A stretch of DNA of 64,000 nucleotides from an uncultured Gemmataceae bacterium (GTDB lineage: Bacteria > Planctomycetota > Planctomycetia > Gemmatales > Gemmataceae), in NCBI GenBank assembly GCA_963750165.1, contig CAVVPN010000003.1, positions 3,040,001 to 3,104,000 of the forward strand. The letters are read 5' to 3'. Position 1 is the stretch's first letter; every line of letters starts with the position of its first letter. The notes beneath the pieces are model-generated. The model made no database searches and was not told the DNA's origin. It saw nothing but the letters and a program-made list of their open reading frames with translations. The translations under genes were made by a program, and so were the position numbers. Below are positions 30,550 through 39,812 of the stretch, one piece after another.

Positions 30550-31220
30550 GCAACCACCCGCGCCTGGTCGAGGTCCGCCAGAATGTCCTGAAGCAGAATG
30601 ACGTGGTGGCCCGCGCCCTGCGCGAACGCTTCCGCGCGGCGGGGGTGTACGTGGTCAGCCTGGTGTCCAGCCCCGGGGCCGGCAAGACCGCGTTCCTGGA
30701 GCAGACGCTCGGCCTGCTCCGCGAACGTTACCGGGTGGCGGCACTGGTCGGCGACCTGGCGACCGACAACGACGCCCGCCGCCTGGCCCGCAGCGGGGCG
30801 CCCGTCAAGCAGATCGTGACGGGGACGGTCTGTCACCTGGAAGCGGCCATGGTCCGCGACGCCCTGGAGGGTTGGCAACCGGCGGACCTGGACTTCCTGT
30901 TTGTCGAGAACGTCGGCAACCTGGTGTGCCCGGCGACGTTCGACCTGGGCGAGGCCCTGCGGTTGGTGCTCTTCTCGGTGACCGAGGGCGAGGACAAGCC
31001 GCTCAAGTACCCGACCATCTTCAACACGGCGGATGTGACGCTCATCACCAAGACGGACCTGGCCGCAGCGGTGGAGTTCGACGCCGCGGCGGCGCACCGC
31101 AGTATTGAGGCGGTGCGGCCGGGGATGCGCGTCTTCGAGGTATCGGCGAAGACCGGACAGGGGATGGAACAATGGCTGGACTTCCTCAGAGATCGGGCCG
31201 CGGTGGCAATGAACTCGTGA
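30546..31220 (+). CDS. hypB: Nickel-insertion GTPase HypB
   Basis: SSPGAGKT, CHLEA, ENVGNLVCPA, EGEDKPLKYP, TKTD. Confidence 0.97.
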   Translation: MSNHPRLVEVRQNVLKQNDVVARALRERFRAAGVYVVSLVSSPGAGKTAFLEQTLGLLRERYRVAALVGDLATDNDARRLARSGAPVKQIVTGTVCHLEAAMVRDALEGWQPADLDFLFVENVGNLVCPATFDLGEALRLVLFSVTEGEDKPLKYPTIFNTADVTLITKTDLAAAVEFDAAAAHRSIEAVRPGMRVFEVSAKTGQGMEQWLDFLRDRAAVAMNS

Positions 31221-31302
31221 ACTGGATTTTGCAAGCAGCGGCCGCCACTTGACGAGGGTGGCTACAATGGGTCAGTGCGGACCCTTCCATGAGGAGCCAC
31301 CC

Positions 31303-32316
31303 ATGTCCAAATTCTGGCAACACTTCATCAACAACGGCGACCCGCCGCCCGCCGCCGTGCCGCCGCCTCCCGATCCACCCTCCGAGAGCGAAGCCCTCGA
31401 TGCCTATTCGCGCGTGGTGGTCCGCGTCGCGGAGTCGCTGCGGCCGGCGGTGGTCCACCTGCGCGTCGGCCGCAACCGCGGTGAAGGTGCCGGCTCCGGC
31501 ATCCTGTTCACGCCGGACGGCTTCCTGCTCACCAACGCCCACGTCGTCGGCAACAAGGACAAGGTGAAGGTCCGCCTCGGTGACGGCCGTGAGTTGACCG
31601 GCCGTCTGGTCGGCACCGACCCGTGGACCGATTTGGCGGTGGTGCAGGCGGACGCCCTGGCGCTGCCGTTCGCGCAGCTCGGCGACTCGGGGCAGTTGCG
31701 CGTCGGCCAGCTGGTGGTGGCGATCGGCAACCCGCTGGGCTTCGAGTCCACGGTGACGGCCGGGGTTGTCAGCGCCACCGGCCGCACGCTGCGCAGCATC
31801 ACCGGCCATCTCGTAGACAATGTTATCCAGACCGACGCGGCCCTGAACCCAGGCAACAGCGGCGGCCCGCTGGTGGACAGCAAGTGTCAGGTGATCGGCA
31901 TCAACACGGCGGTCATCATGCCGGCGCAGGGGCTGTGCTTCGCGATCCCGATCAACATGGCCAAGCACATCCTGCCGCAGTTGATGAAGCACGGCCGGGT
32001 GGTGCGCGGCTACCTCGGCCTGCACGCCCGCAACGCGCAGATCGCCGAGCGGCTGGTCGAACGGCACGAACTGCTGCAAACGACGGCGGTACATGTCGTG
32101 AGTCTGGAGCAGGGCGGCCCGGCGGACCAGGCGGGCATCCTGGAAGACGACCTGATCGTGCGGCTCGGCGACGAACCGACGCCCACGGTGGACGAACTGC
32201 ACAAATTGCTGACGCAACTGCCGATCGACGTGCCGACGACGGTCACGCTGCTGCGCGGCGACCGCATGCTGGAGCGCATGGTGCTGCCGACGCAGTATCC
32301 GAACTTGATGGTGTAA
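31303..32316 (+). CDS. HtrA/DegP-like serine protease with PDZ, no signal peptide
   Basis: GSG, LTNAHV, DLAVV, QTDAALNPGNSGGPL, PDZ (GPADQAGI). Confidence 0.93.
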   Translation: MSKFWQHFINNGDPPPAAVPPPPDPPSESEALDAYSRVVVRVAESLRPAVVHLRVGRNRGEGAGSGILFTPDGFLLTNAHVVGNKDKVKVRLGDGRELTGRLVGTDPWTDLAVVQADALALPFAQLGDSGQLRVGQLVVAIGNPLGFESTVTAGVVSATGRTLRSITGHLVDNVIQTDAALNPGNSGGPLVDSKCQVIGINTAVIMPAQGLCFAIPINMAKHILPQLMKHGRVVRGYLGLHARNAQIAERLVERHELLQTTAVHVVSLEQGGPADQAGILEDDLIVRLGDEPTPTVDELHKLLTQLPIDVPTTVTLLRGDRMLERMVLPTQYPNLMV

Positions 32317-32318
32317 AG

Positions 32319-32409
32319 GGAATCACCACAAAGAGCACAAAGAAGACAGAAGAATTGAATTACAATTCTTCTGTCTTCTTTGTGCTCTTTGTGTCTTTGT
32401 GGTGATTCC
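32319..32409. repeat. Purine/pyrimidine-skewed 9-mer inverted repeat between convergent genes
   Basis: CACAAAGAG-like units facing their complements; related copy at 43730-43853. Confidence 0.8.
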
Positions 32410-32416
32410 TCGTTCT

Positions 32417-33145
32417 TCAACCTCGGCGGATGGCTTCTTTCATCTCGCGCACCGCCCGCTCCAGCCCCACAAACACCGCCCGCGCCACGATACTGTGGCC
32501 GATGTTCAACTCCTCGACGCCCGGGATGCGCGTCACCGCCTGCACGTTGCAGTAGTTCAGCCCGTGACCCAGGTGGACGTGCAGCCCGTGCTGCTTCGCC
32601 AGCGCCGCCGACTCGCGCAGCTCGTCCAGCTCCTCCTCGCGCCGGGCCGGCGTCTTCGCCTCGGAGTAGCGCACCGTCTGCAACTCGATGGCGTGAACGC
32701 CGAGCACCTTGGCCATCTCAATCTGCCGGTCGTCCGGGTCCAGGAACAGCGACACCTCGACGCCCGCCGCCTTCAACCGCTCGACCGCCCGCGTCACCGC
32801 CTTCTGGTGCGCCACCACGTCCAGGCCGCCTTCGGTCGTCAACTCCTCGCGCCGCTCCGGCACCAGCGTCGCCTCGTCCGGCTTCACCTGACAGGCGAAC
32901 GTGACGATCTCCTCCGCGACCGACATTTCGAGGTTGAGTCGGTGCGGCACGGTCTCGCGCAGCAGCCGCACGTCGCGGTCCTGGATGTGGCGACGATCCT
33001 CGCGCAGATGGACGGTGATACCGTCAGCGCCGCCCAGCAGCGCCAGCACCGCCGCCTGCACCGGGTCGGGCTCGTGGCCGCGCCGCGCCTGCCGCACCGT
33101 CGCCACATGGTCGATGTTCACGCCCAGTCGAATCGCGTTTTGCAT
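32417..33145 (-). CDS. pdxJ: Pyridoxine 5'-phosphate synthase
   Basis: [40 protein letters not shown]. Confidence 0.97.
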   Translation of the reverse strand: MQNAIRLGVNIDHVATVRQARRGHEPDPVQAAVLALLGGADGITVHLREDRRHIQDRDVRLLRETVPHRLNLEMSVAEEIVTFACQVKPDEATLVPERREELTTEGGLDVVAHQKAVTRAVERLKAAGVEVSLFLDPDDRQIEMAKVLGVHAIELQTVRYSEAKTPARREEELDELRESAALAKQHGLHVHLGHGLNYCNVQAVTRIPGVEELNIGHSIVARAVFVGLERAVREMKEAIRRG

Positions 33146-33160
33146 TGTCGGTTCCGTCCG

Positions 33161-33733
33161 TCAAAGAGGTTGGCCGGCCGCGGCCAGCGCCTGCCGATAG
33201 CGGCTCGCCTCGCGGCTCAGGCTCTTGTACAGGAAAAATGCCAGGATCAGGTCCACGGCCTTGTCGAGGATTGGGCCGGCAATCGGGATCAGGCTCGCCA
33301 GCGGCAGCCACCAGTGCGACAGCAAAATCGCCGGGCCGAGCACCAGCAGCGTCAGGCGCGTCCACCAGGCGACATGATAGCGGCGGTCGAAGAACATGCG
33401 CAGCATCGCCCGCAGTTCGGTCCACAGGTCGAACAGCAGCCACGCTTGCTGGACGGCGCCCGGCGACGGCAGGCCCGGCACGGACAGCGGCAACGGCAAC
33501 TGCAGGCCGGGCGCCGGCAGCGGCCGGGGCTCGGTGAAGGCTTCGCTGGGTGCCGGCGGCGGCCCCGGGACGGCCGCGGTCTGCAGGCGCTCGCTGAGGC
33601 GCTCGACGACACGCTGCTCGACGCTCTGGGTGTCTTGCAAATTGGCGAGGGCGTCCTCCAGGCGACGGAGGCGCTGTTCGAGCGTCTCGGCGGGGGGCGG
33701 CCCGTTCTGCGGGATGTCGGCGGGGTTGTCCAT
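33161..33733 (-). CDS. Hypothetical membrane protein
   Basis: Coiled N-terminus, Pro-rich linker, two hydrophobic segments; directly upstream of pdxJ. Confidence 0.7.
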   Translation of the reverse strand: MDNPADIPQNGPPPAETLEQRLRRLEDALANLQDTQSVEQRVVERLSERLQTAAVPGPPPAPSEAFTEPRPLPAPGLQLPLPLSVPGLPSPGAVQQAWLLFDLWTELRAMLRMFFDRRYHVAWWTRLTLLVLGPAILLSHWWLPLASLIPIAGPILDKAVDLILAFFLYKSLSREASRYRQALAAAGQPL

Positions 33734-33836
33734 GACTACGCGCCTCTCGGCCGTGCGGGGACTCGCGGCGCGGTTGGCTGCGCCGCTGTCACCATACCGA
33801 GACGGGGCGGTTTAGACCAGATTGGGTTGCTGCGGA

Positions 33837-33896
33837 TCGTGGGGCAGACCTTCCTGTCTGCCAATCCCTCGGCCGACAGGAAGGTCTGCCCCACGA
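33837..33896. repeat. GTGG-type REP pair
   Basis: TCGTGGGGCAGACCTTCCTGTC pairs with GACAGGAAGGTCTGCCCCACGA. Confidence 0.85.
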
Positions 33897-33904
33897 GGAA
33901 GACC

Positions 33905-34825
33905 TCATTTCGGCGCCGGCACCTGACTGACCTTGGCGGCGCTGGGGAAGTTCTGCGGGATCGGCAGCGTCACGCGGCCGGTGGCGGCCCACTCGGTGCC
34001 GCGCCCCAGCGTCGTGAGGAAGCCGACGCAGCGCATGCCGTTCAGGTCGTGGCCCATCGGCGTGTGGAAGACGCGGCCCTCGCCGTACTGCACGGTCCAG
34101 ATCATCGGCTCGTTCTCGTTGCTGCTGCTCTTACCGCCCTTGGCCTTGTCGGCGTAAGCGGTTGCCAGCAGGTGGACGTGCTCGATGGGACCGCGCATGC
34201 CCTGGTACAGTTCGTCCTGCGAGTGCATCCACTCGGCCGGCATGCCCTTCGTGATCGGGTGGCTGCGGTCGCGGACGACGATCTTGAAGGCGTGCTGGCT
34301 GCCGTGGCCGGCGCCGAAGCCCTTGCCCTTCGGCACACGCACTTCTTTGCCGCTGTCGTCCACGATGAGGCGGTCGCCGTAGTTATTGTTGCGCCAGCCC
34401 ATGCCGATCATCTGGTTGTACTCCTTCCAGCCGCCGAAGGCGTTGTTGGCGGCGTGAACGATCACCAGGCCGATCTTGTTGCGCTTCAGGGCCTCGTCCA
34501 GCTGCTTGTTGAAGTCGGCCGGCCAGGAGGCGCCGTTGTAGTTGCTGAGCACCACGTCATAGCGGCTCAGGTGCGGCGGGAACGGCACCGTCGGCACGCT
34601 GCCCGGCTTGTCGTTCGGCTTGAGGTTCGAGGACACGTCCACGGTGAAGCGGCCGGTGTCCTCCAGGGCCTTTTTCATGAAGGGCGTCGTCGCCCGCCAG
34701 TTGTGGTTGTTCTGGCCGTCGATGATGACGACCCGGATTTTGCCAGTCCCCTGAGCCGCGGCCGGCGCCGCCAGCAGCGCCACCGCCGCGCCGGCCAGCG
34801 CCAGCACGCTCAAACGCTTCAACAT
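33905..34825 (-). CDS. Exported ThuA-like domain protein
   Basis: Signal peptide; DGQNNHNW, YDVVLSNYNG, HAANN, HPIT, DELY, GRVFHTPMGH. Confidence 0.88.
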   Translation of the reverse strand: MLKRLSVLALAGAAVALLAAPAAAQGTGKIRVVIIDGQNNHNWRATTPFMKKALEDTGRFTVDVSSNLKPNDKPGSVPTVPFPPHLSRYDVVLSNYNGASWPADFNKQLDEALKRNKIGLVIVHAANNAFGGWKEYNQMIGMGWRNNNYGDRLIVDDSGKEVRVPKGKGFGAGHGSQHAFKIVVRDRSHPITKGMPAEWMHSQDELYQGMRGPIEHVHLLATAYADKAKGGKSSSNENEPMIWTVQYGEGRVFHTPMGHDLNGMRCVGFLTTLGRGTEWAATGRVTLPIPQNFPSAAKVSQVPAPK

Positions 34826-34904
34826 GGTGCAACCTCCCGTGCGGATTTCGTCACGAAGGCCGGGCCGCGGCGGCCCGGCTGTGGGTGATTATCGCAGAAA
34901 CGGC

Positions 34905-34980
34905 GAGGGGGTGAAGGGGGGAAGGGGTGAGGGGGTGAAAGAAGACGGTCTTTCACCCCCTCACCCCTTCACCTTGTCAT
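34905..34980. repeat. Octamer (GGGGTGAA-like) tandem inverted repeat
   Basis: GAGGGGGT/GAAGGGGT units facing CACCCCCT/CACCCCTT; second copy at 37161-37222. Confidence 0.8.
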
Positions 34981-34984
34981 CCGC

Positions 34985-35329
34985 TTACTTGAACATGTCG
35001 CGGATCACCTTGAGCGGCGTGGCGCGCACGACGGTGCGCTTCGGCTTGGCCGCGATGGTGATGGTCTCGCCAGTCTGCGGATTGCGGCCCTGGCGAGCCT
35101 TGGTGGCCTTCTTCTCCTTCCGCTGCAGCTTGAGCAACCCCGGAATCGTGAAGACGCCGGGGCCTTTCTTGCCCAGTTCGTTCTTGATCAGGACGGTCAG
35201 CTGCTCGATGAAGTTGGCGACATCCTTCTTCGAGAGCTTGGTCGCGTCCGCCAGTTTCTGGTAGACGACCGTCTTGCTGCTCGCTTTCGGTTTCGCCGAG
35301 TTCCCGCCGCCGGCGCTGGCCTTGGCCAT
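34985..35329 (-). CDS. HU-family DNA-binding protein
   Basis: LSKKDV, FTIPGL, ARQGRNPQTGETITIAAKP. Confidence 0.93.
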   Translation of the reverse strand: MAKASAGGGNSAKPKASSKTVVYQKLADATKLSKKDVANFIEQLTVLIKNELGKKGPGVFTIPGLLKLQRKEKKATKARQGRNPQTGETITIAAKPKRTVVRATPLKVIRDMFK

Positions 35330-35388
35330 GAGATTTACCCTCTCCCGGAGTGAAATTGGACGAACATTACGGTACGCATTAAGTGGGC

Positions 35389-35417
35389 AGCGTAGATTGC
35401 TTTGGCAATCTTGTCAA
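35389..35417 (-). promoter_or_regulatory. Sigma-70-type promoter of the HU gene with a palindromic spacer
   Basis: Minus strand TTGACA-N17-TACGCT; spacer contains AGATTGC-N4-GCAATCT. Confidence 0.6.
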
Positions 35418-35542
35418 TCGAATCTTGCCGTATTTTCCACGATTTTCTTAGCGTCGCTGTTGAAGTTGCTGTTTTTTTCCTGAAACTAGCAGCGATCGCG
35501 CCGCCCCGAACGATTTTTCCGTCCCCGAACCCTGACAGCCTC

Positions 35543-36553
35543 ATGAAACAACTCGTCTTCGAGCGCTTCGGCGACCCCCAGGAGGTGCTGCATCTGCGTG
35601 AAGCGCCGCCGCCGGAGCCCGGCCCTGGCCAGGTCCGCGTCCGCATGATCGCCAGTCCGGTCAATCCGTCGGACCTGCTCGTGGTCCGCGGCCAGTACGG
35701 CCGATTGCCACCGCTGCCCGCGACGCCCGGCTTTGAGGGCGTCGGCGTCCTCGATGCAGTCGGCTCCGGTTGGCTGGCGAAGCTCCGCGGCCTGCGACCG
35801 GGCCGCCGCGTCGCGGTGCTCAACGGCCGGGGCGGCAACTGGCAGGAGTACGTCGTGCTGACCGCCCGTGAGGTGGTGCCGGTGTCCGCGGAACTGCCGG
35901 ACGAGCAGGTGGCATCGTTCTTCGTCAACCCCGCGACGGCCCTGGTGCTGACGCAGCGCGTGCTGCGACCAGGCCCCGGCGACTGGCTGTTGCAGACCGC
36001 TGCTGCGGGCGCCCTGGGCCGTATGGTGATCCGCCTGGGCAAGCACCTCGGCTTCCGCACGCTGAACGTGGTCCGCCGCCGCGACCAGGCGGAGGAGCTG
36101 CGCCGGGCCGGTGCCGAGGTGGTGGTGGCCACCGACGAGGAGCCGCTGGTCGAGCGCGTGCGGGGGCTGACGGGCGGCTTCGGGGTCCGCTACGCCCTGG
36201 ATGCGGTTGGCGGCGGGACGGGGCGGGCGGTCGTCGAGTGCCTGGACGCGGGCGGTCGGTTAGTGGTGTACGGCACGCTGTCGGCCGAGCCGATCGCGCT
36301 GGACCCGCGGTTGCTGATGGTGGGGCAGAAGTGCATCGAGGGCTTCTGGCTGTCGGAGTGGGTGCGGGCGCAGGGGCCGCTGACGATGTTGCGGTTGTTC
36401 CGGCAGATCGACCGCCTGTTGCGGCAGGATGTGTTGACGACGACGGTCGGCGTATCGTATCCGCTGGAGCAGTTCCGCGAGGCGGTGACGCAGGCGCAGG
36501 CGCCGGGCCGGCAGGGGAAGGTGCTGCTGCGCATGGGGGAGGCAGCGCGCTGA
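35543..36553 (+). CDS. MDR-family oxidoreductase (enoyl reductase/quinone reductase-like)
   Basis: PVNPSDL, PGFEGVG, FVNPATA, AAAGALG, LDAVGG. Confidence 0.9.
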   Translation: MKQLVFERFGDPQEVLHLREAPPPEPGPGQVRVRMIASPVNPSDLLVVRGQYGRLPPLPATPGFEGVGVLDAVGSGWLAKLRGLRPGRRVAVLNGRGGNWQEYVVLTAREVVPVSAELPDEQVASFFVNPATALVLTQRVLRPGPGDWLLQTAAAGALGRMVIRLGKHLGFRTLNVVRRRDQAEELRRAGAEVVVATDEEPLVERVRGLTGGFGVRYALDAVGGGTGRAVVECLDAGGRLVVYGTLSAEPIALDPRLLMVGQKCIEGFWLSEWVRAQGPLTMLRLFRQIDRLLRQDVLTTTVGVSYPLEQFREAVTQAQAPGRQGKVLLRMGEAAR

Positions 36554-36657
36554 GGCGCAAGCGGCAGACAACTATTGATTGCCGAACCGGAGCCCCGCCG
36601 GTATCAATAACCACCCCTGGACCGCCGCGGTGTGCTTTCGAGAGAGGACGACTGTCC

Positions 36658-37155
36658 ATGCCCGACCAGCGCAAGCAAGCGATCACCGGCCTGACGCCGC
36701 CGGAGGTTTCCGAGGCCCTGATCCGCCAGACCTGGCCATCAGTGGCCATGAACCCCGCCGTCGCCAGCTTCGGCCGAATACTGACCGGCACCTTCGTGCT
36801 GGCGCCGCTGGGCTGGTTGGTGATGTCGCTGGTGTTCTTCGGCAAGTTTTTCCCGCTCATGGCGAAGCGGTACGCCGTCACCAACAAGCGGGTGCTGATC
36901 CGCAAGGGCATCACCGGCAAACCCGGCCCGGAGGTGCCGCTCAGCGAGATCGATGAAGTGCGCGTCGTCACCGACGCCAACAGCAGCTTCTTCCGCGCCG
37001 GCACGCTGGAGATCGTCAGTGGCGGTCAGGTGCGGCTGACGCTGCCCGGTGTCCCCGAACCGGAGGGCTTCCGCCACGCTATCCTCAACGCCTGCAACGC
37101 CTGGGTGCCCAACCGCAAGCGCGGAGCGTTCATTCCCGCCAGCGCGACCAAGTAA
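36658..37155 (+). CDS. Membrane protein with bacterial PH domain
   Basis: TM then RYAVTNKRVLIRKG, VPLSEI, GTLEI, GVPEPE. Confidence 0.75.
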   Translation: MPDQRKQAITGLTPPEVSEALIRQTWPSVAMNPAVASFGRILTGTFVLAPLGWLVMSLVFFGKFFPLMAKRYAVTNKRVLIRKGITGKPGPEVPLSEIDEVRVVTDANSSFFRAGTLEIVSGGQVRLTLPGVPEPEGFRHAILNACNAWVPNRKRGAFIPASATK

Positions 37156-37160
37156 GCGGA

Positions 37161-37222
37161 TGAGGGGGTGAAGGGGTGAAAGAGCAGGTGTCTTTCACCC
37201 CTTCACCCCCTCCCCCCCTCAA
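37161..37222. repeat. Octamer tandem inverted repeat
   Basis: Same family as 34905-34980. Confidence 0.75.
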
Positions 37223-37271
37223 CCTCGCAAAGCGCTGGCGAACGGCGTCGATTTGCGGTACAACAGAGGGC

Positions 37272-38918
37272 ATGTCGCTACTCATCATTCTCCAGGGCCC
37301 GGATGTCGGCCGCAAGTTTCCCCTGGACGCGCCAGTCACCGTCCTGGGTCGGCAGCCGGAATCGACCATCTGTTTGTCTGCCCGCGCTGTCAGCCGCGAA
37401 CACGCCGAGATCCGCCGCACCGACGAGGGCTTTGTCGTCGAGGACCTCGACAGCAGTAATGGATCCTACCTCAACGGCAAACGGCTCGTGCCGCGCCAAC
37501 CGGTGCCGCTCACCGAGCAAGACACTCTGCAAGTTGGCCCTTACCTGCTCGGCCTGCGGCCCAGGCCGCGGTTGACCAGCGTCGAGCCGGACATGATTAT
37601 CGTCGAGCAGGTCAACGCCGTCGCCATGTCGCAGAGCGTCTACGGCCACGACCCCGCCCAGAAGTTGCAGGTCGTTCTCGACATCGCCCAGCACCTGGCG
37701 CGCACCCTCGACCTGGAACCGCTGCTCGACAAGTTGCTCGACCACCTCATGCGCCTGCTGCCGCAGGCCGACCGCGCCCTGGTGCTGCTGTGCGAGGGCG
37801 ACGAACTCGTCGTCCGCGGCCAGCGCTGCCGCCACGAACACGACGCCACCACCTTCCCGTACAGCCGCACCGTCGTCCGCCGCGCTCTCGACGAGGGGAT
37901 CGGTCTGCTCAGCGAGGATGTCAAGGACGACGAGCGCTTCCAGAGCAGCCAGACCATCACGTCCCTGGACATGCGCTCGCTGATCTGCGTGCCGCTGATC
38001 GGCCAGGAAGGCCGGCGGCTCGGCGTCATCCAGCTGGACCGCTTTCGCTCCGGGCAGCCGTTCCTCGTCGGCGATCTGCAGATGCTGACCGCCGTGGGGT
38101 TGCAGGTCGGCGTCGTGCTGGAGAACGCCGCGCTGCACGCCGAACTGCTGCGCAAGCAGCGGCAGGACCAGGAACTGGCGATGGCCCGCGACATCCAGGA
38201 GAGCTATCTGCCGACCAACTTCGGGCCGCTGGCCGCGGTGGGCATCGACCTGTTCGCCAACGTCCACCCGGCCCGCGGCATGGCCGGCGACCTGTATGAC
38301 TTCTTCCTGCTGCCGGACGGACGGCTGGCGTTCTTCGTGGGCGACGTGGTGGGCAAGGGGTTGCCGGCGGCGCTGTTCATGGTGGCGGTCCATGTGCTGG
38401 GCCGGCACCTGGCGCAGGGCGAGGGCGGCCCGGCGGCGGCCCTGCTGCGGCTCAACCGCGCCCTGGCGGCCGACAACCCATCCGAGCTGTTCGTGACGCT
38501 ACTGCACGGCATTTATGACCCGCGCGATGGCACAGTGGTGTTCGTCTCCGGCGGCCATCCCATGCCGCTGCTGCGCCACGTTGACGGCAGCGTTGAGGAG
38601 GTGAAGCACCGCAGCGGCCGGCTGCTCGGCCTGGGGGAGGAGGGCGTCAACCTGACCAACCGGACGTTCACCCTGCAGCCGGGCGAACTGCTGGCGATCT
38701 ACACCGATGGCTATACGGAGGCTCGGCAACCGGGCAGCCGGGCGATGTTCGGCCTGGCGCGGTTGCAGGAGGTGGTGAGCGGCTTCACGCCGGCGCAGCC
38801 GCTGTCCGCGTGCGCCGACCAGGCGCGGGAGGCGGTGGCGAAATTCGTCGGCGGGCCAGACCAGCAGGACGATTTGACGCTCTTCTTGTTGCGGCGGCGC
38901 GCGGACGCCGCGCCGTGA
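37272..38918 (+). CDS. FHA-GAF-SpoIIE (PP2C) phosphatase
   Basis: LGR...VSREHA...DLDSSNGSYLNG; GAF (SLICVPL); GDLYD, GDVVGKG, YTDG, QQDDLT. Confidence 0.93.
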   Translation: MSLLIILQGPDVGRKFPLDAPVTVLGRQPESTICLSARAVSREHAEIRRTDEGFVVEDLDSSNGSYLNGKRLVPRQPVPLTEQDTLQVGPYLLGLRPRPRLTSVEPDMIIVEQVNAVAMSQSVYGHDPAQKLQVVLDIAQHLARTLDLEPLLDKLLDHLMRLLPQADRALVLLCEGDELVVRGQRCRHEHDATTFPYSRTVVRRALDEGIGLLSEDVKDDERFQSSQTITSLDMRSLICVPLIGQEGRRLGVIQLDRFRSGQPFLVGDLQMLTAVGLQVGVVLENAALHAELLRKQRQDQELAMARDIQESYLPTNFGPLAAVGIDLFANVHPARGMAGDLYDFFLLPDGRLAFFVGDVVGKGLPAALFMVAVHVLGRHLAQGEGGPAAALLRLNRALAADNPSELFVTLLHGIYDPRDGTVVFVSGGHPMPLLRHVDGSVEEVKHRSGRLLGLGEEGVNLTNRTFTLQPGELLAIYTDGYTEARQPGSRAMFGLARLQEVVSGFTPAQPLSACADQAREAVAKFVGGPDQQDDLTLFLLRRRADAAP

Positions 38919-38935
38919 GCAGACCGCTTCTCCGT

Positions 38936-39733
38936 TTACGTTTCGCGGTCAGCGTCCGCGCGAAACGTAAACGGGTCCGTCGGAATCTGACAGAGCACCT
39001 CATCCAGCGCTTCGGTCGCGCCTTCCAGGACGACGCGCCCGTCCGGCTCGACCGCATGAACCGGCCGCGCCGTGAAGTCCAGCCAGCGCAGGTCGAGCCG
39101 GCCGAGCAGCACGCGGCGCTGCCGGCGCACCTGGTCCCGCAGGGAGCGGCGCTCCGGTTCGGAAAGGCCGTACTCGTCCCGGCGGGCGCGACCATCGCCG
39201 CGCGGGATAAAGGGCAACAGGCTCAGCCGCCGCACGCCGTTGTCCAGGCAGAAGCGCACGGCCCAGTCGATGACCGCGCCGCCGCTGGCGACCACGGTGG
39301 TTTGCACGCCCGTGGCGACGCCGGCCGCGAGCAGACGGCGGAGATTGTGCGTCGTCTGGTCGAAGGCGTCGCGGCCCACCAACTCGTTGTGCCGGTCGCG
39401 GTCGCCGTGGACGCTGACCTTGACCTGACAACCCGTCTGGCGGAGGACCGGCGGCAGGGCGTCGCTCAGCGCGATGCCGTTGGTGGTGAGCTTCGACTTG
39501 CCGCCGCGCGCCTGGACGTGCAGGAGCAGCTGCGGCAGCGCGGGATGGATGGTGGGCTCGCCACCGCAGAAGTGGACCGTGTGGACGCCGTGCGCCAGCA
39601 GCCAGTCGATGCGCTGCGTCAGTGTGACCGCGGAGGTTTGGACGCCATCGGGCGGAGCGAGGCAAAAGCCACAGCGGGCGTTGCACCGCCGCGTGACGCG
39701 GAAGCAGATCGTCGCCGGGAGGTCGAGTGTCAT
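38936..39733 (-). CDS. Short radical SAM protein without SPASM domain
   Basis: TRRCNARCGFC (CxxxCxxC), GGEP, TTNG; no C-terminal Cys cluster. Confidence 0.9.
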   Translation of the reverse strand: MTLDLPATICFRVTRRCNARCGFCLAPPDGVQTSAVTLTQRIDWLLAHGVHTVHFCGGEPTIHPALPQLLLHVQARGGKSKLTTNGIALSDALPPVLRQTGCQVKVSVHGDRDRHNELVGRDAFDQTTHNLRRLLAAGVATGVQTTVVASGGAVIDWAVRFCLDNGVRRLSLLPFIPRGDGRARRDEYGLSEPERRSLRDQVRRQRRVLLGRLDLRWLDFTARPVHAVEPDGRVVLEGATEALDEVLCQIPTDPFTFRADADRET

Positions 39734-39759
39734 ACGCCGGGCCTCTTCGTGATGAGTCG

Positions 39760-39812
39760 GAGCCCAAGCGCCAGCGAGGGGCTCGCTCTACCCTTCGCGG
39801 GCGCTCGGGCTT
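39760..39812. repeat. REP-like hairpin (AGCCC-AGCGCCAGCGAGGG family)
   Basis: Imperfect inverted repeat containing the Toprim gene stop codon; a relative lies at 50491-50535. Confidence 0.65.

Noticed and set aside
31249..31268. Sigma-70 promoter before the HtrA-like gene (TTGACG...TACAAT)
   Set aside because: The hexamers are only 8 nt apart.
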